From: Psammoneis japonica
Lineage: Eukaryota
Assembly (NCBI GenBank): GCA_008632985.1
Contig: QPGO01000040.1
Location: forward strand, 315,719-379,718
Length of the DNA: 64,000 bases
Reading direction: 5' to 3'
Part shown: piece by piece, positions 50,867-63,131 of the stretch
Layout of the letters: every line of letters begins with the position of its first letter
Position numbering within the stretch: position 1 is the stretch's first letter
Made by a program: the position numbers and the translations under genes
Notes under the pieces: model-generated
What the model was told of the DNA's origin: nothing
The model's database searches: none
Seen by the model: only the letters and a program-made list of their open reading frames with translations

Positions 50867-51886
50867 GATTGTTGTAAGTGCACAAGAGTACAGTCAACAA
50901 CGTCGCCGAATGGTGGGTTAAAGAGACAAGGATACTGCGCTACTTGTTTGGCGTGGTGTGTTTGCTGAGAAGAAGGTCTTCGGGCTCTTCGCTCTCTGTT
51001 GGCTCTTCGACAACTTTTTCAAAATTTTGTTTTTGTGGGCAGTCTTGTCATCTGTAGACGCTACATAAGCTGATACCAGAATAGCAAACCGTAGGATGTA
51101 CGGGATTGTAAAGTATGACGAAAAATCATAAGAGGAATTAGTCCCGAGTTTGAATTGACCTTAAGTACTCATTTGTTGTTCATAACATTGGTGGCGTTTT
51201 GGACGAGCACACGCACAAAACGAACCGAAAGATTGATGGAAGCGAACTTTTTCGTCGCGGCTTGCTCACGCGTTGTACCGTAGCAAGGACGACGGTTGAT
51301 ACTGTAGTGTCGGCAGCCTCTCGCTCTACTTACTAAGCTACCAGCCAGCTACTTCTACTCTCCAGAGAGCGAGCTACTAGCTCTAGCTACTAGGAGAGAG
51401 GTGGTGTCTCTGGCACACCCACCGGAGCAGCGCAGTTGTTCTCAGGTTGCAGCCTGGCCATCAATCAATCTTTCAAACTCGCTTTGCCCCACAAGCTATA
51501 TGACTGGTAGCAACGCGGAAAAGGAGGAGCCAGAGTCCGTCTGACTAAATTGTCTATAATTTGTAATAAAGAGGGGAATGAGGATGCTGGACGGTTGACC
51601 GCATCAGCTCGATTCCACTTGCCACCCAACAGGCTCGGATCGTCCAATTGCTTTCCAATCCTTAAGGCTCCACAGTACTGTCAAATGCAGCTTGGTAAGA
51701 AATGGAAGAATGCCAGTGTTGCTTCTCCTTCTCGTTGTCAGTTTCTGGTCCTTTGTTGACACAACGGCGCAAGACCTAGCAGCTTCATCGTATGCGTAAT
51801 GTGGCGTTTTCCCCGGGTCGATTCTCCCGCCAGGAATATTGTGTCCTCAGGCTCGACAAGAACATCCTCTGGAACCGAGCCGCTTA

Positions 51887-53663
51887 CTATTTCAAAGTCC
51901 GTGGCAACCTGCGAATCACCGCCATTTTCGTTTTCGTCTCCTCCTCCGATGAATTTGACTCTTCCACGCGTTCTTGAACTGCGTTCAAAAGCTTCGCCTC
52001 CATTCTTTCCAGCCTCTCTTCGAACGGAACGTCTGTGTCGTCATATTCAAACTCTTCATCCACCTCGCTATCTGAAGGATTGGAATCGCCATCATCGCCC
52101 ATGGCTTTCAGTATCTGATCCATGCTTTCTAACCTTGCCTCAAATGACATAATCTCAGCCTGAGAAAGCCTCTTGGCATGAACAACGCGTCCATTTGCAT
52201 CTACTTCGCCCTCTACTGGCTTCTCCGAGACATCTGAGGTAGTAAACGCAAGACTAAGAGAGACTGTCGTGTCCGTATCTGCCTCGTGCTTCTTTATCCA
52301 CGGAAGTTCTAAAGCTTCAAGAGCTGTAGGCCGCTTTTGGGGGCTCATCTGTAACAAGGTCCACACAAAATCCTTGGCATCCATTGAAACATTGTCCCAG
52401 GGACCTCCCTCCATTGGCTTGTAGTGGCATCGCAATATCTGATCAATCATGACCTTTTCACGTTCCTTCCACCCCAAATCATCATTCGGACCCCAAAACG
52501 GCGGGTCTCCCGGGCATAGGAGCATGTACGCAATAACGCCAACTGTGTAGAAGTGGCATAAAATTGTAAGCACGTGGCTAGAGGGAATCTACATAGTACT
52601 CTAGAAAAGAACAACTTGATCCTACTTACCACTCCAAATGTCGCACTTGTAATCATACACGCCTTGCAAGACCTGCGCAAAAGAGAAAGCAGCCCAGATC
52701 AATGAGAAAGACAGAGCAGCATATACGGAAAAAAGGAGCAAATTCATCGCACGAACCTGAGGAGCCGTCGAGTAAAGAGTTCCCACTTTGTCTGACAAGG
52801 GTTGGCCACTCAGATACCGAGTGGATAGTCCGAAATCTATTACTTTAATCTCGGCATCATTCCCTGGTTTCTGTATTACAAAGCACATTATGTGAGCAGC
52901 AAAATCCACGGCCTATTATTTAGGAACAATCCGCCATGCGCCAACTTACATCGAAAAGCACATTCTCCATCTTCAAATCACTGTTGACCAAGAACAAAAG
53001 GTATTATGTGAGGCTAGATGCAATCATCAAAAACACAAAATCCTCACATTCCAGCGACTTACCGATGAACAATTTGATTCTTGTGCATGTAAGCACGGCA
53101 GAGAGCACTTTGCGCACAATCACTGCGGCTTGAAGCTCATCCACTTGGCACTCACGGAGAGTCCCGCCTGAACAATACTCCATCACTAGATAAATATGTT
53201 TTTTGCGTTCATACGCTTCGTAGACCTTGGCCACATTAGGATGCTTAAGGTGACTCATAATTTTGATTTCATTCCTCATTTCTTTCAGATACAGCTTGTG
53301 AACCTTGTTGCTGTGCTTGGATTTGATAATGCTCTTTAGGGCATACAGCTTTTCACCTTCCTGCGGCTTTCGCTTGGAAGCCAGGCTCATAATGTCAATC
53401 TGCTCCTTATAAGGGACGCTGATGCGTCTGGGGCGTCTTCGAACCAAATGGATGCTGGAGATACTTCCTTCGCCAATTTCCTCCACCGGTTCCCAGTATT
53501 CGAGAGCACTCGTCTTCATGTGATACTTGAACTGTTCGCTGTCTCCATCTTCGTCGTCGAGCGACATGTAAGAACGAGCGGTCTTCACGGAAACATTCTT
53601 TTTAGGCACTGGGGCCGTCTTTTTGGGTGATTCCACATGGCTAGTGGATTGACAGCCGCCCAT
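51887..53663 (-). CDS. CAMK/CDPK-like Ser/Thr protein kinase with a predicted N-myristoylation start (MGGCQS); 5 exons
   Basis: IGEGSIS, YALK, HR|DLKMENVLF, IDFGLS, VGTLYSTAPQ|V, CDIWS|VGVIAYMLL, RPTALEAL, with four GT-AG introns between ~52,540 and 53,062. One 1-nt slip near 53,095. Confidence 0.9.
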
Positions 53664-54502
53664 GGTGGTCGTTTGTTTATTTTTTTGCAAAACAAAGTGA
53701 CAGTGCGAAAAGTATCGGCATCAAATTCCAAAACTCTCCGACGCAAAACGGAAGTGGCGAGCGATCACGATGAAGCGGCGGCGATGACGTAGTTGTCGAC
53801 ACGTTCATTTCGCTTTATACATGTACATAAGTATACATATCATCAGATGAAAGCCAGACTCATACGTGTCGACCGTTAACGGACGTTACAAGACAAATCG
53901 CCCAATCAGCGAGTGCGCGGAGTGCGTGGGTTGACAGACGACGCATACGACTGTAGTAAGTCTAAAGTCGAGTTAGTCGGCAAAGTTGAAAGGCGACAGC
54001 ATCGTCCCTTTCTAAAAAGTAACATTAGCACGTACCGTACAGTACTGTAGGGCCCTAGCTAGAGAGTTGACTCACTCTCTATCGCTCTGGATCTTCTGAA
54101 TAGAAAGTAGAGAGTCTCTTTTGGACCTACTAGCTCCAATATTATGAATAAAAGCTTCCTGAACTAAACTTCTCACAAGCTACCAGTACTTCTTCTACGA
54201 GAGGCCAATTCCACCCTTGCTGTTAATAAGAGTCAGGATTCTCCGCAGTTCGAATCTTCGTATGAGTGAAGTTCACTACGTACCTCTATTCGTAGTTTGT
54301 ACAGTACGAAATGAGTAAGTAGAATGAAAAATGAAAAGGAATGTGTGAAAGTGGTTATAAAAGCAGTTTATGGCTTCGATGCCTAGCTCTAGTGCCGAAA
54401 GACAAATAGCAATCCCCGGCATTTTCCCCTCCCCATCAAGGCGAACTCGAGATGAAAGGTAGCAAACATTCCATTTAAAAAGGTGAATGCGACTAGAGAT
54501 TC

Positions 54503-55320
54503 TCATCTCGAATCTTCGCTCTCTTGTTGCTGTGCATCTTCGTCGTCCAACAGCAAAGGGCACGCTTCTTCTCCCGGCCATATTTTGTGAGGCATTGTTT
54601 TGGAACGAATCTTGCGTCCTCCAAACCAGTTTCCAAACAAGAATGAGTTTTCTCCCGAACGAATGGCGCTAGCAATCTTGTTGTCCTTTGCATTTTCCTC
54701 TCCGCTGCACAATGGCAAGGTATGCACCGTCAACATGCCGTGCAAGTTTCCAAACACAACATCCGTCAAGAGACGGTCACCCACCATACATAGCTCATGC
54801 GCATTCTCCAACTGAAAATGTCTCAGTACTTCATCTAATCCACCAGGCTTTTTTTCATCGTGTCGAATGACAGCAATCCCCATGGCATTTTCAATCCTGA
54901 TCGCGTCCTTGTAGTCCGGATCATCCTTTGTTCCGGCCGAGTTGCTTAGAATAGCCACGTTTTCTCGACCAAACACTTGCAACGCATTAGCAAGCCCCGG
55001 TGATGCCAGTGGATGTGTTATCGTTTCATAAGGGCAGTTAATGTATTGTCTTTATCAAACACTACAGCTCGTATCCCGCACTTGTCGCGCATCGCTGCAT
55101 AATTCAATTCTGTCGTCGTAGAAAACAAGAATAGTTTGAGGCAGAGGGGTTGAAAAGACAGACATCACCCACTCCAAGTAACTATAGCCCTACGAGACTT
55201 CTTTGTACGGGCAGACTCACCGGAAATATTGCTGACATGAACGTGCGGGGACATGAGATATGGTCTTCGCACCACAGATGCCAAGGTCATGAGGGCCTTG
55301 GTATTGAGTGACTGCACCAT
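54503..55320 (-). CDS. GEP4: Phosphatidylglycerophosphatase GEP4-like HAD phosphatase; intron 55,110-55,220
   Basis: MVQSLN..., AVVFDKDNTLTAPY, ILSNSAG, KKPG, MVGDRLLTDVVFGN. One C is missing in a C run near 55,033. Confidence 0.85.
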
Positions 55321-55688
55321 GGCAATCTAACAACACCACCTGCCAACTTTTGGTGCCCTTGGATTCCTTCTTGTGATAGTTTGGTTCCTTCTCTGCTCGC
55401 GTCGCTGCCTGTATGTACTGCCGCCGCCATGGGCGCAGAGCGAGCGCAATACCAGAATGATGAGCAAAACGAGTGGAACTACCTACAGTAGTACTTGTAC
55501 GACCAGCTACATGCAGTAGGTCAATACGGAAACGTACGTAGCGTTGGAGGGAGTTCGCAGGAAACGAACAGCAAAAATTTCAAAAATAAATGAGCGCAAC
55601 ATGGTATCTTCAGACAGACGCACAATACAGACGCAGGTCGGTTCAGAGTTGAACTTGGCTCAGAGCTTTTGACACTTGTGAGTTGACC
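55321..55688. promoter_or_regulatory. Probable bidirectional promoter between the GEP4-like and TMCO1-like genes
   Basis: Head-to-head start codons ~370 bp apart. Confidence 0.5.
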
Positions 55689-56356
55689 ATGACGGCCCAT
55701 GATATTTTTCGTATTGGAATGACTGTTGCTGTAGCGCAGTTGGTATGTGACTTATTCTTTAACTATGTTCTCTTTTCGAAAGAAGGATATAAACGAGCGG
55801 TTGCCAACCTGAAACGAGCGCAGACCAAGTTGCAGAAAATGACGACCGCAGAAGCACCGGCAACAAGCAGCAAGCAACGTCCGCCAAGACTCTGGAAAAG
55901 CAAGCCAAAAAACTCCAGCGTGCACAAGACGATGTGGCAGAAGCCTCGTCAGATGTTGCGAGGCGACACATGGGGCCCACATTCTACACCAGCTTGGTGT
56001 TTCTGCTGATGCACCGCATTCTGGGAACCGAGTATAAAGGAAAGGTGATTGCGATTTTGCCGTTTGTTCCGTTCAAGCTTTTGCGGCGCTTGACTCAATG
56101 GGGTGGTTTAAGAGAGCAGTTAGCCGACGTACAGGATTGGTCGTCTGGGGAGGTTACTGACGTCAATCAGGCGTGTGGGTTTCTGTTTGTGTACATTATC
56201 TGCTCCCTGAGTGTCAAGTTTGTGATTCATCAAGTCGTTGGAACTCCGCCTCCAAAAGGTGCCGACAAGGGAGTCATGTCGATTATGGAATCCCCAAAGA
56301 ATCAACGATTTTTGAAAGCGGTTGGTGTTGATATGGATGAGTTGAAGAATCAATAA
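55689..56356 (+). CDS. TMCO1: TMCO1-like (DUF106/EMC3-TMCO1 family) ER membrane protein; 1-nt slip near 55,890
   Basis: TM segment, coiled coil, then GKVIAILPFVPF...ACGFLFVYIICSLSVK...VGTPPP (compare TMCO1 GxVVAKLPF.P...DCSFIFLYILC). Confidence 0.75.
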
Positions 56357-56699
56357 AAAAGCGTGTCATAGGATGAATTAGATACTACTCTTGTTGAGCT
56401 AGACAAGGTCGTCTTAGGGTTGCCCATATCTGCAATTTCTGCATATGCATACTAACCTAATTGAGATCTCCAAAGATACCTTTTTATCGTTATACCCTAT
56501 TGTGTGAATACCAGAATACTTCACGACAAAAAGAATACTCTGGCAACGTCCCCGTGAATGCCAGGTTGTATAATATGATCCCCATGATCCCCCCACCACA
56601 TACCCAAATAAGACACGTCACGGTGTTCTTCTATCCCAATACGAAGCCGACGCGCCCCTACAATACATGCCTCCTCCCGTTTTGCTGGACAATAAGAGT

Positions 56700-58050
56700 G
56701 CCTATGGCAATTTCCCCGTAGATGCCATAATGCGCCACCTCATTCCCAATGCCAGCTTGAACATATGACCCCCCCTTTGTTCGTTCCGTCCAGCACGCCC
56801 CAGCCCCTTACGGAGACGCAAGAAGAAGGTGTGTGTTGTCGTCTTCCACGAGACGAACACCATTGTTGTGGCGTTCTTCACACTCGTGGGCATTGGCTGC
56901 AATTGCCTCAATGTAGGATTTAGTGTCTCCAACTTCAAAGGCTGTCTTTTGGATCTTGAGGACTACCACCCCTCCAGGGAAAAGATCCTCGTCTGTTGAA
57001 TGCTTGTACCCCATGAGCTCTCTCTTGAGAATCTTGGACTGAGATTTGTCTTCCACAGGAATCGCGACAACGTGGAATGACCCTACCTTGAATGCTTCTC
57101 CAAGCGACATCTGTTGGCCGGGTTGGAGCTGCTGACACAGCCCTTTTAGAATCGCATCACTTGCGAGTTTCACGGCGGGTTCAGGAATGTCCACGACAAC
57201 AAGTTCCGGTTGATCACGAAGGTGAAAACCCATGCTGCAACAGAAGGCAAGCGAGTCACCTTCGTCACACACTGGGCGAAACTGCAAAGGACAATGTCGC
57301 ACGTCTGAAAGTCTTTTTTCGAGTCACTGGACATCCAGCACAAGGAAATGGCAGTGAGGGTGACTGCGATTGACAATCCCCTTGGCACATTCAGCCGCCA
57401 TGCGAGCTTTGTCCAACTGCAAGGTGTGGAAGAAACCCTGAATGACGTTGCACCATCCGAGCGCAAAGGAAGGATCACAATCGATGGTGCGCTTTGCGTC
57501 AAGCAGGACCACATCCCATTCTGGAAGGAGTTTGTAAGCTGCACTTCGGCTGTGAAAGAAATTGTGATCAAACCCATTCAACTCAATTGCTTGAGTGTAG
57601 AATCAATGGCTTGGACAACCAGCTGTGGATCGGGATTGTTTGGACTCTGCTTGCAAGCAGCCTGTTTGGTCTTTAGTCCCTTTTCGTTGAGAGCGTTGGC
57701 TTTCTTGTTCTCTCGCCGAGGATCTCCACTGCTGGCACTGCGGTGCATGCGTTCCAACCGGTCATGCTCCTCTTGCTCCCAGTCATGGTGGGCTGGAGGA
57801 TGAGATGCAAGTGGTTGCACTGTCGAGAGCTTTGCAACTCTGCAAAACTGACGGCAGACTTTCTTGTGATGAGGCCAATCCTGAGTTTGGCAGTCGCGAG
57901 AGCAATGCACAATTGCTTTGCAGCGGGAGCAGACCCGCAATTTTGAGGTCTCGTTCTCCTCCATGCCGCAAATGGAACAGCGATGCTTGACAGATTTGGG
58001 TGAGTCTGACAACATGATGGTGTCGCACGAGAGGCTTGCTGCTTGGGCAA
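56700..58050 (-). pseudogene. zf-MYND protein with a DUF4262-like C-terminal region; degenerate
   Basis: CSICG...LRVCSRCKAIVHCSRDCQTQDWPHHKKVC is a MYND finger (YCS->HCS). AFCCSMGF...QPELVVVDIP resembles DUF4262. Contains stops/frameshifts. Confidence 0.7.
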
Positions 58051-58168
58051 ACGCAATGGATGAAAATGGCGCTGAACGCATCGCATGTTTCGTCATCAAG
58101 GTGCGGCATGTCGCAAGTCACAACTCGCGGTGTCGCGGTCAGCGGTCAGTCGTCGCATGGCCCTGCTT

Positions 58169-58242
58169 GTGCACACGAACCACCTGGTGGTCCGTGTGCA
58201 TTTTTGGGTGCACACGAACCACCTGGTGGTTCGTGTGCACCC
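58169..58242. repeat. Two tandem palindromes; the second is perfect (18 bp arms, 1 nt spacer)
   Basis: gggtgcacacgaaccacc-t-ggtggttcgtgtgcaccc at 58,206-58,242, with a near-identical copy at 58,169-58,200. Confidence 0.9.
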
Positions 58243-58319
58243 TGCGCAAAATGCTGCGTAGATTTGCACCGAACAAATCTGAGTGCAGCAAATCCGACGC
58301 AGGATCTGCGTGTTTGCAC

Positions 58320-58514
58320 CACTCAACACTTGTCCACCAAGCCGGCAGTCTGTGCCGGCCGTCGTGACAAATGTTTTGTGTCCGAGAAAGAGTTCGTCAG
58401 GGCCGGCGAACAACACCCCACTACGATGCGACTGGCACAAAATGTGCGCAAATGCACAGGAACCAGCATGTGGTTTGTGTGCAAATTGGAGCTCGTGAAA
58501 AATGAGCAGGGACA
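58320..58514 (+). repeat. Dispersed ~190 bp repeat, copy 2 (see 31,879-32,073)
   Basis: Direct sequence match. Confidence 0.9.
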
Positions 58515-58624
58515 GTTGCGGGATGATTGAAACTCGCAAAACAGGTGAAAAATCTAAAAAATGGGAAAATCGCAGAAACACCGAAAAACGTCAAAAACAC
58601 ACATCGTTTTCATCGTCGTAGCTC

Positions 58625-59030
58625 AGAGCTCACAAGACCTCTGGTCATGGGCGTGGTTGGGTCAGTGCCCTGGCTTCATCTCACACTTGGCCACTTGTGC
58701 AGTTCATCTGGAACTGTCTGCAAATTAAAGTCCAACATCAAAAATTAATCAGCAGAACTGCACTTGACTGTCTGCTCTCATTCCTGCGTTCAATGCCATC
58801 GTGATCAGATGGAACATTGTTCTTGTTCGTCCGTTCAGTCATGAGCTGTCATCTCAGACATCGATGTCTCTCAGATCATGACAACAGTCTTGTTTGAATG
58901 ACCCTGGCGAGTCTGCAGAGCATCCTGGAGCTGACTCAAAGCCCTCACGTTTCACACACAGAGGGACGAAGCCCGGGCTTGCAATCGTTTCTGCCATCAC
59001 AGCCACCTTTGCATTTGCCAAGTTTTTCTG
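58625..59030 (-). pseudogene. Degenerate copy of the 3' end and downstream region of the frustulin-like gene (62,868-63,300)
   Basis: GFESAPGCSADSPGSFKQDCCHDLRDIDV vs intact GFESVPGCSADSPGSFKNDYCYDPRDIDV. Confidence 0.92.
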
Positions 59031-59850
59031 TGCACCAGATCCCCAGTGCCAGGTGTTCAATGTGATCACCCCACACCCAAACAGGACACAGCAGGGTGTT
59101 TTTCAATCACATTGCGAAGGTGACGCACCCCAACAATGAACGCTTCTTTCTGTCACTCTGACAGCAAGAACGTCCATGGCAACGTCCCCGTGAATGCCAT
59201 GATGTGGCAGCTGATCCCAATGCCAGCTGGGGCACAAGCCCCCCCCCCTCTTTTGTTTGTTCCATGCACTGCATGCCAGCCTTCTGCTGCAGTGATGCAA
59301 CAAAAAGAAGGTGTGTGTTGTCATCTTCCATGAGATGAGCACCATCATTGCAGCGTTCTTTGCACACTCGATGTGGGACCCAGTGTCTCCAACTTCAAAG
59401 GCTGTTGTTTGAATCTTGAGGACTGCACTCAACCCAGGTGAAAGCTTCTCGTCTGTCGAGTGCTTGTGACCCATGAGCTCTCTCTTGAGAATCTTGGACT
59501 GAGACTCATCTTCCACAGGAATTGTGACAACGTGGAATGATCCCACCTGAGTGCTTCTCCAAGCAACATCTTTTGTTGGCCGGGTTTGAGCTGCTGACAT
59601 GGACCTTTTAGAATTGCATCACTTGCGAGTTTCGCGGCGGGTTCGGGAATGTCCGCAACAACAAAAAGTTCTGGTTGACTGCAAAGGCAAAAACCTGTGC
59701 AGCAGCAGAAGACAAGCAAGTCACTGTGTCCAATCAGAAAGGAAGGATCACACTCAATGTTGCACACAGTGTCAGCAGGACTGATCAAGCTGCGCACTGG
59801 TTGTGAAAGAATCTGCGACCAAAACAATTCAACTCAATTGCTCGAATGCA
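59030..59850 (-). pseudogene. More degenerate second copy of 56,540-57,600 (DUF4262-like region)
   Basis: ccatgagctctctcttgagaatcttggactgaga is identical in both; KRELMGHKHSTDE vs KRELMGYKHSTDE. Confidence 0.9.
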
Positions 59851-61077
59851 GAAGCTGCCTTGGAAATGGACTGGCTTTGCGTGCACATCCCAAATCAACA
59901 GCTGGCAATTTTCGCTGACCAGCCCAATCATGCTGGGGTCGCGACATTGCCAACCCATGTCTTCGACAACATCTGTGTGTCCAGAGTGCCACCAGGAGGA
60001 GCCTTGCAGCTGCTGTTCTTGGCAGTTGCAGAAACATCAAACAAACAGAGCTTGGCATCTTCTGTGCTCCATTCATGAGCCATCCCTCATCATGTTGAGA
60101 CCACACCACACCACATCCTTCCCTCGAATGTCCCACACAGACACCCTGTGGACAAAATGGAGAATCGTTGTGTGTTCCTTGGGAGAAGAGACGGGTGTCG
60201 ACAAAGTGGTTCTGCGGCATGTGCCGTGCACGATTGACTTCACCCCAAATGCTTGACCACCAATCTTGCTTTCTTTTCTTCGTCACAGTGTGCGGCCGGA
60301 TTCGTCACAGCCGCAGAGTTGCAGTTGGAGAACATCAATCACCGCATCTTCGCGCGACAAATTGATGCTGGCCGCCATGAGACAATTCTACTCTCCCATT
60401 GTGTGCAATCCCAACAAGAGCAAGTGCTCATCGACGCGAGGCAATTGCCTCATCACGTGCAACCACTGACAAGTCAGCGACGGCCATTCCAATGCGTGTG
60501 TCATGACAAAGTCGCAAATGGTGGCTGTTGCTGTTGGCAGACAGAAATGGCGTGCGGCCGTTATTTACGTCTTGGAAAAATAGCGTGCGGCCGTTATATT
60601 TGGTACATCTTGGCGTAGAAAATCATGTATGTGAAAAATCACATGGAACTTGGTAGTGACAATGCTGATACTCATTTTACGTTGATAGTTGCGTACAACG
60701 TTGGAGGGAGTTCGCAAGAAACGAACAGCGAAAATGTCAAAGCAATCACAAGAAAATTTGAGGAAAGAGAAAAGTACGATGCGGTCCTGCGGGAGTCATG
60801 TCCGGTTTTACTTGTACCGTCAACGAAACGTTGGCTTTTGAATATAAGTATCAGTGTTGGCTTTCTCGCATTTATATGAGAACGCCTGTTGCTATCGACA
60901 AAAGACTTAGAAATGTGTCCCGCAAGGCATCTCACACACAACCAGACATGGCCCGGCGCACGGTCGTTGGTCGTTGGAGTAACTGTTTGAAATCGTCCCC
61001 GTTTTTTTGTATCAATACGTTCACTTTGAGCGAGTGCTTTGCTCTCACAATCCGTTTCCAAGGGAATAACAACAACA

Positions 61078-62312
61078 ATGGACGACGACGACGATCCTTC
61101 CAACCGAATCCTCGCCGCAATGGAGCGCGCAACGGGATGGTCAAAGTCGCGGCTCCGCCGTCACGTTTCCTATGAACAAGAACACGATAACTACGTCAAT
61201 GCAACAGATTTAAGTCTGATAGATTGTCACGCTTTGGTTAAACTCCCGCGTGAAATTGGCCTGTTGCATCAACTTGTTGAATTGAGAGTGTCGTCCGACA
61301 AACTCAAGCGGGTCCCTCGTGAAATCGGACAGCTGAAGCGACTTGAATTTTTGTCTGTATTTTACTGCCGGAAAATCATTGCATTCCCCGATGAAGTCTG
61401 TGAACTGAGAAGCTTGACGGGGCTAAATTTGTTTGGTTGCACGGCTCTCAAAAGTTTGCCAGCGGGAATTGGGCAGCTGAAACAACTCAAATTCCTTTGC
61501 CTTTCGTCTTGTTCAAGTCTCACAGAGTTGCCAGTGGGAATTGGACAGCTGCAGCAGTTGGAAGACTTAATCTCCAATGGTGCAGCAAACTCAAAGAATT
61601 GCCAGATCAAGTGTGGCAGTTGACAAACTTGGCGGGGCTGAATTTGCATGGTTGCGGCTCCCTCACTGCGTTGTCCCCCAAGATCGGACAGTTGCAGCAG
61701 CTTAAGAGACTCGATCTTCAAGATTGCTGGGAGCTCACAAAACTCCCAATTGAGATTGGGACACTGTCACAGCTGCAAGTATTAATACTTGACAGCAGCT
61801 CCAGTGGCTTGGATGAATTCTTGCGAGTCGCCGTGTGCAATTTGGTCAATCTAACGAGGTTAGATATCACAAGATCTGATGAGATGCCTTCCAAGATGGG
61901 ATGGCTTACAAAGTTGCCTCCCAAGATGGGATTGCTCAAAAAATTGGAGCATCTGGATCTGTCTGACTGCGAGCAGCTGAAGTTCATTCCAAAGGAAATC
62001 CTTGAGCTGCCGAGTCTTTACTATCTCAACTTGGAGGGTTGTTCGTCGCTTTCAATCACTCCCAAGGACATTGGAGAAGTTTCGTATTCTATTCAACATG
62101 TGGACATGCCGACATATGATGAGGAGACGTTTGGCGAAATGCGGTGCTACATCCGAATGAACGAAGCAGGAAGACACTTGCTGCATCGCCACGATGTGCC
62201 TCCAGCTCTTTGGCCGCATGTCTTGGCAGGTCCGCGCAGCGATGAGAACTTTATTTTGTGGTTCTTGATGAACAATCCGGACTTTGTCAAGAAAGGAGAA
62301 AGCAAGGAATAA
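61078..62312 (+). CDS. Leucine-rich repeat protein; 1-nt slip near 61,567
   Basis: Repeats of LxxLPxEIGxLxxLxxLxLxxC across ORFs 61039-61623 and 61437-62312; C-terminal NEAGRHLL...PPALWPHVL. Confidence 0.88.
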
Positions 62313-62487
62313 GTGTTATGAGTAGCCAGTGACAGTTCTTAGGTAAATGTAGCTAGATGTACAAGTGTTAGGTTACTATCTGATTATTATCTATTTTGGT
62401 ACTTACTGCTAGTTCGGATGTCATTCAGATTATAGCAATTCTGGTGCATCCGTGAAGGCTCAGAATACTTGATGGAATACGGTACCC

Positions 62488-62685
62488 GGTATGGACAGAA
62501 CGGGACAACAGGAAGTCGAGACTCGATACCCGGTATGGACAGAACGGGACAACAGGAAGTCGAGACTCGATATCTGGTATGGACAGAACGGGACAACAGG
62601 ACGTCGAGACTCGACATCCTACTTGTTGGAATACGGTACACAGTATGGGCAGAACGGGACAATAGGACGTCGAGACTCGATACCA
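62488..62685 (+). repeat. Minisatellite: four copies of a ~44 bp unit
   Basis: gtatgg(a/g)cagaacgggacaa(c/t)agga(a/c)gtcgagactcga occurs at ~62,488, 62,532, 62,576 and 62,643. Confidence 0.92.
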
Positions 62686-63131
62686 TATTACAGTTTATTG
62701 CTCATTCTTAATGTGTTTCTCTCGGTATACGCATGATGGCACCGATACCACTCTAGCCAGCCTGATATTATGATGAAAATTTCTTGATTGTATCTGCTTA
62801 TAGCTCGATCTCAATCTTCATAGGATACTACGACAGCTACCGTCTTCGCTTGATGACGATGACAAAAAGCTCACAATACCTCTGGTCATGGGCGTCGTTC
62901 GGCCAGTGCCTTTGCTTCGCATCTGGCGTGCCAAAAGGAGCATTTCTTCCTTGTACATCCATTCGTCTTAAACTATCTACAAAATGGAAGTCCAACGTCG
63001 AAAAATAATCAATAATCTGAAGAACTACGATCGAATATATCTGCTCTTTATCCTACGTTCAATGCCTAAGTCTATCATCTTAACAATCTTAACTCGAAGA
63101 ATTTTCACCTATTTAGTCCTGAACTATCGTC

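Noticed and set aside
45096..62312. Single-base frameshifts in the FG-GAP genes, kinase, GEP4, TMCO1 and LRR genes as programmed frameshifting or pseudogenisation
   Set aside because: Nearly every otherwise intact gene has an isolated 1-nt slip, several at short homopolymers. This is more simply explained by long-read consensus errors; it needs read-level confirmation.
62488..62685. Repeat array resembling CRISPR
   Set aside because: The units are mostly head-to-tail without unique spacers, there are no cas genes and the context is eukaryotic; it is a minisatellite.
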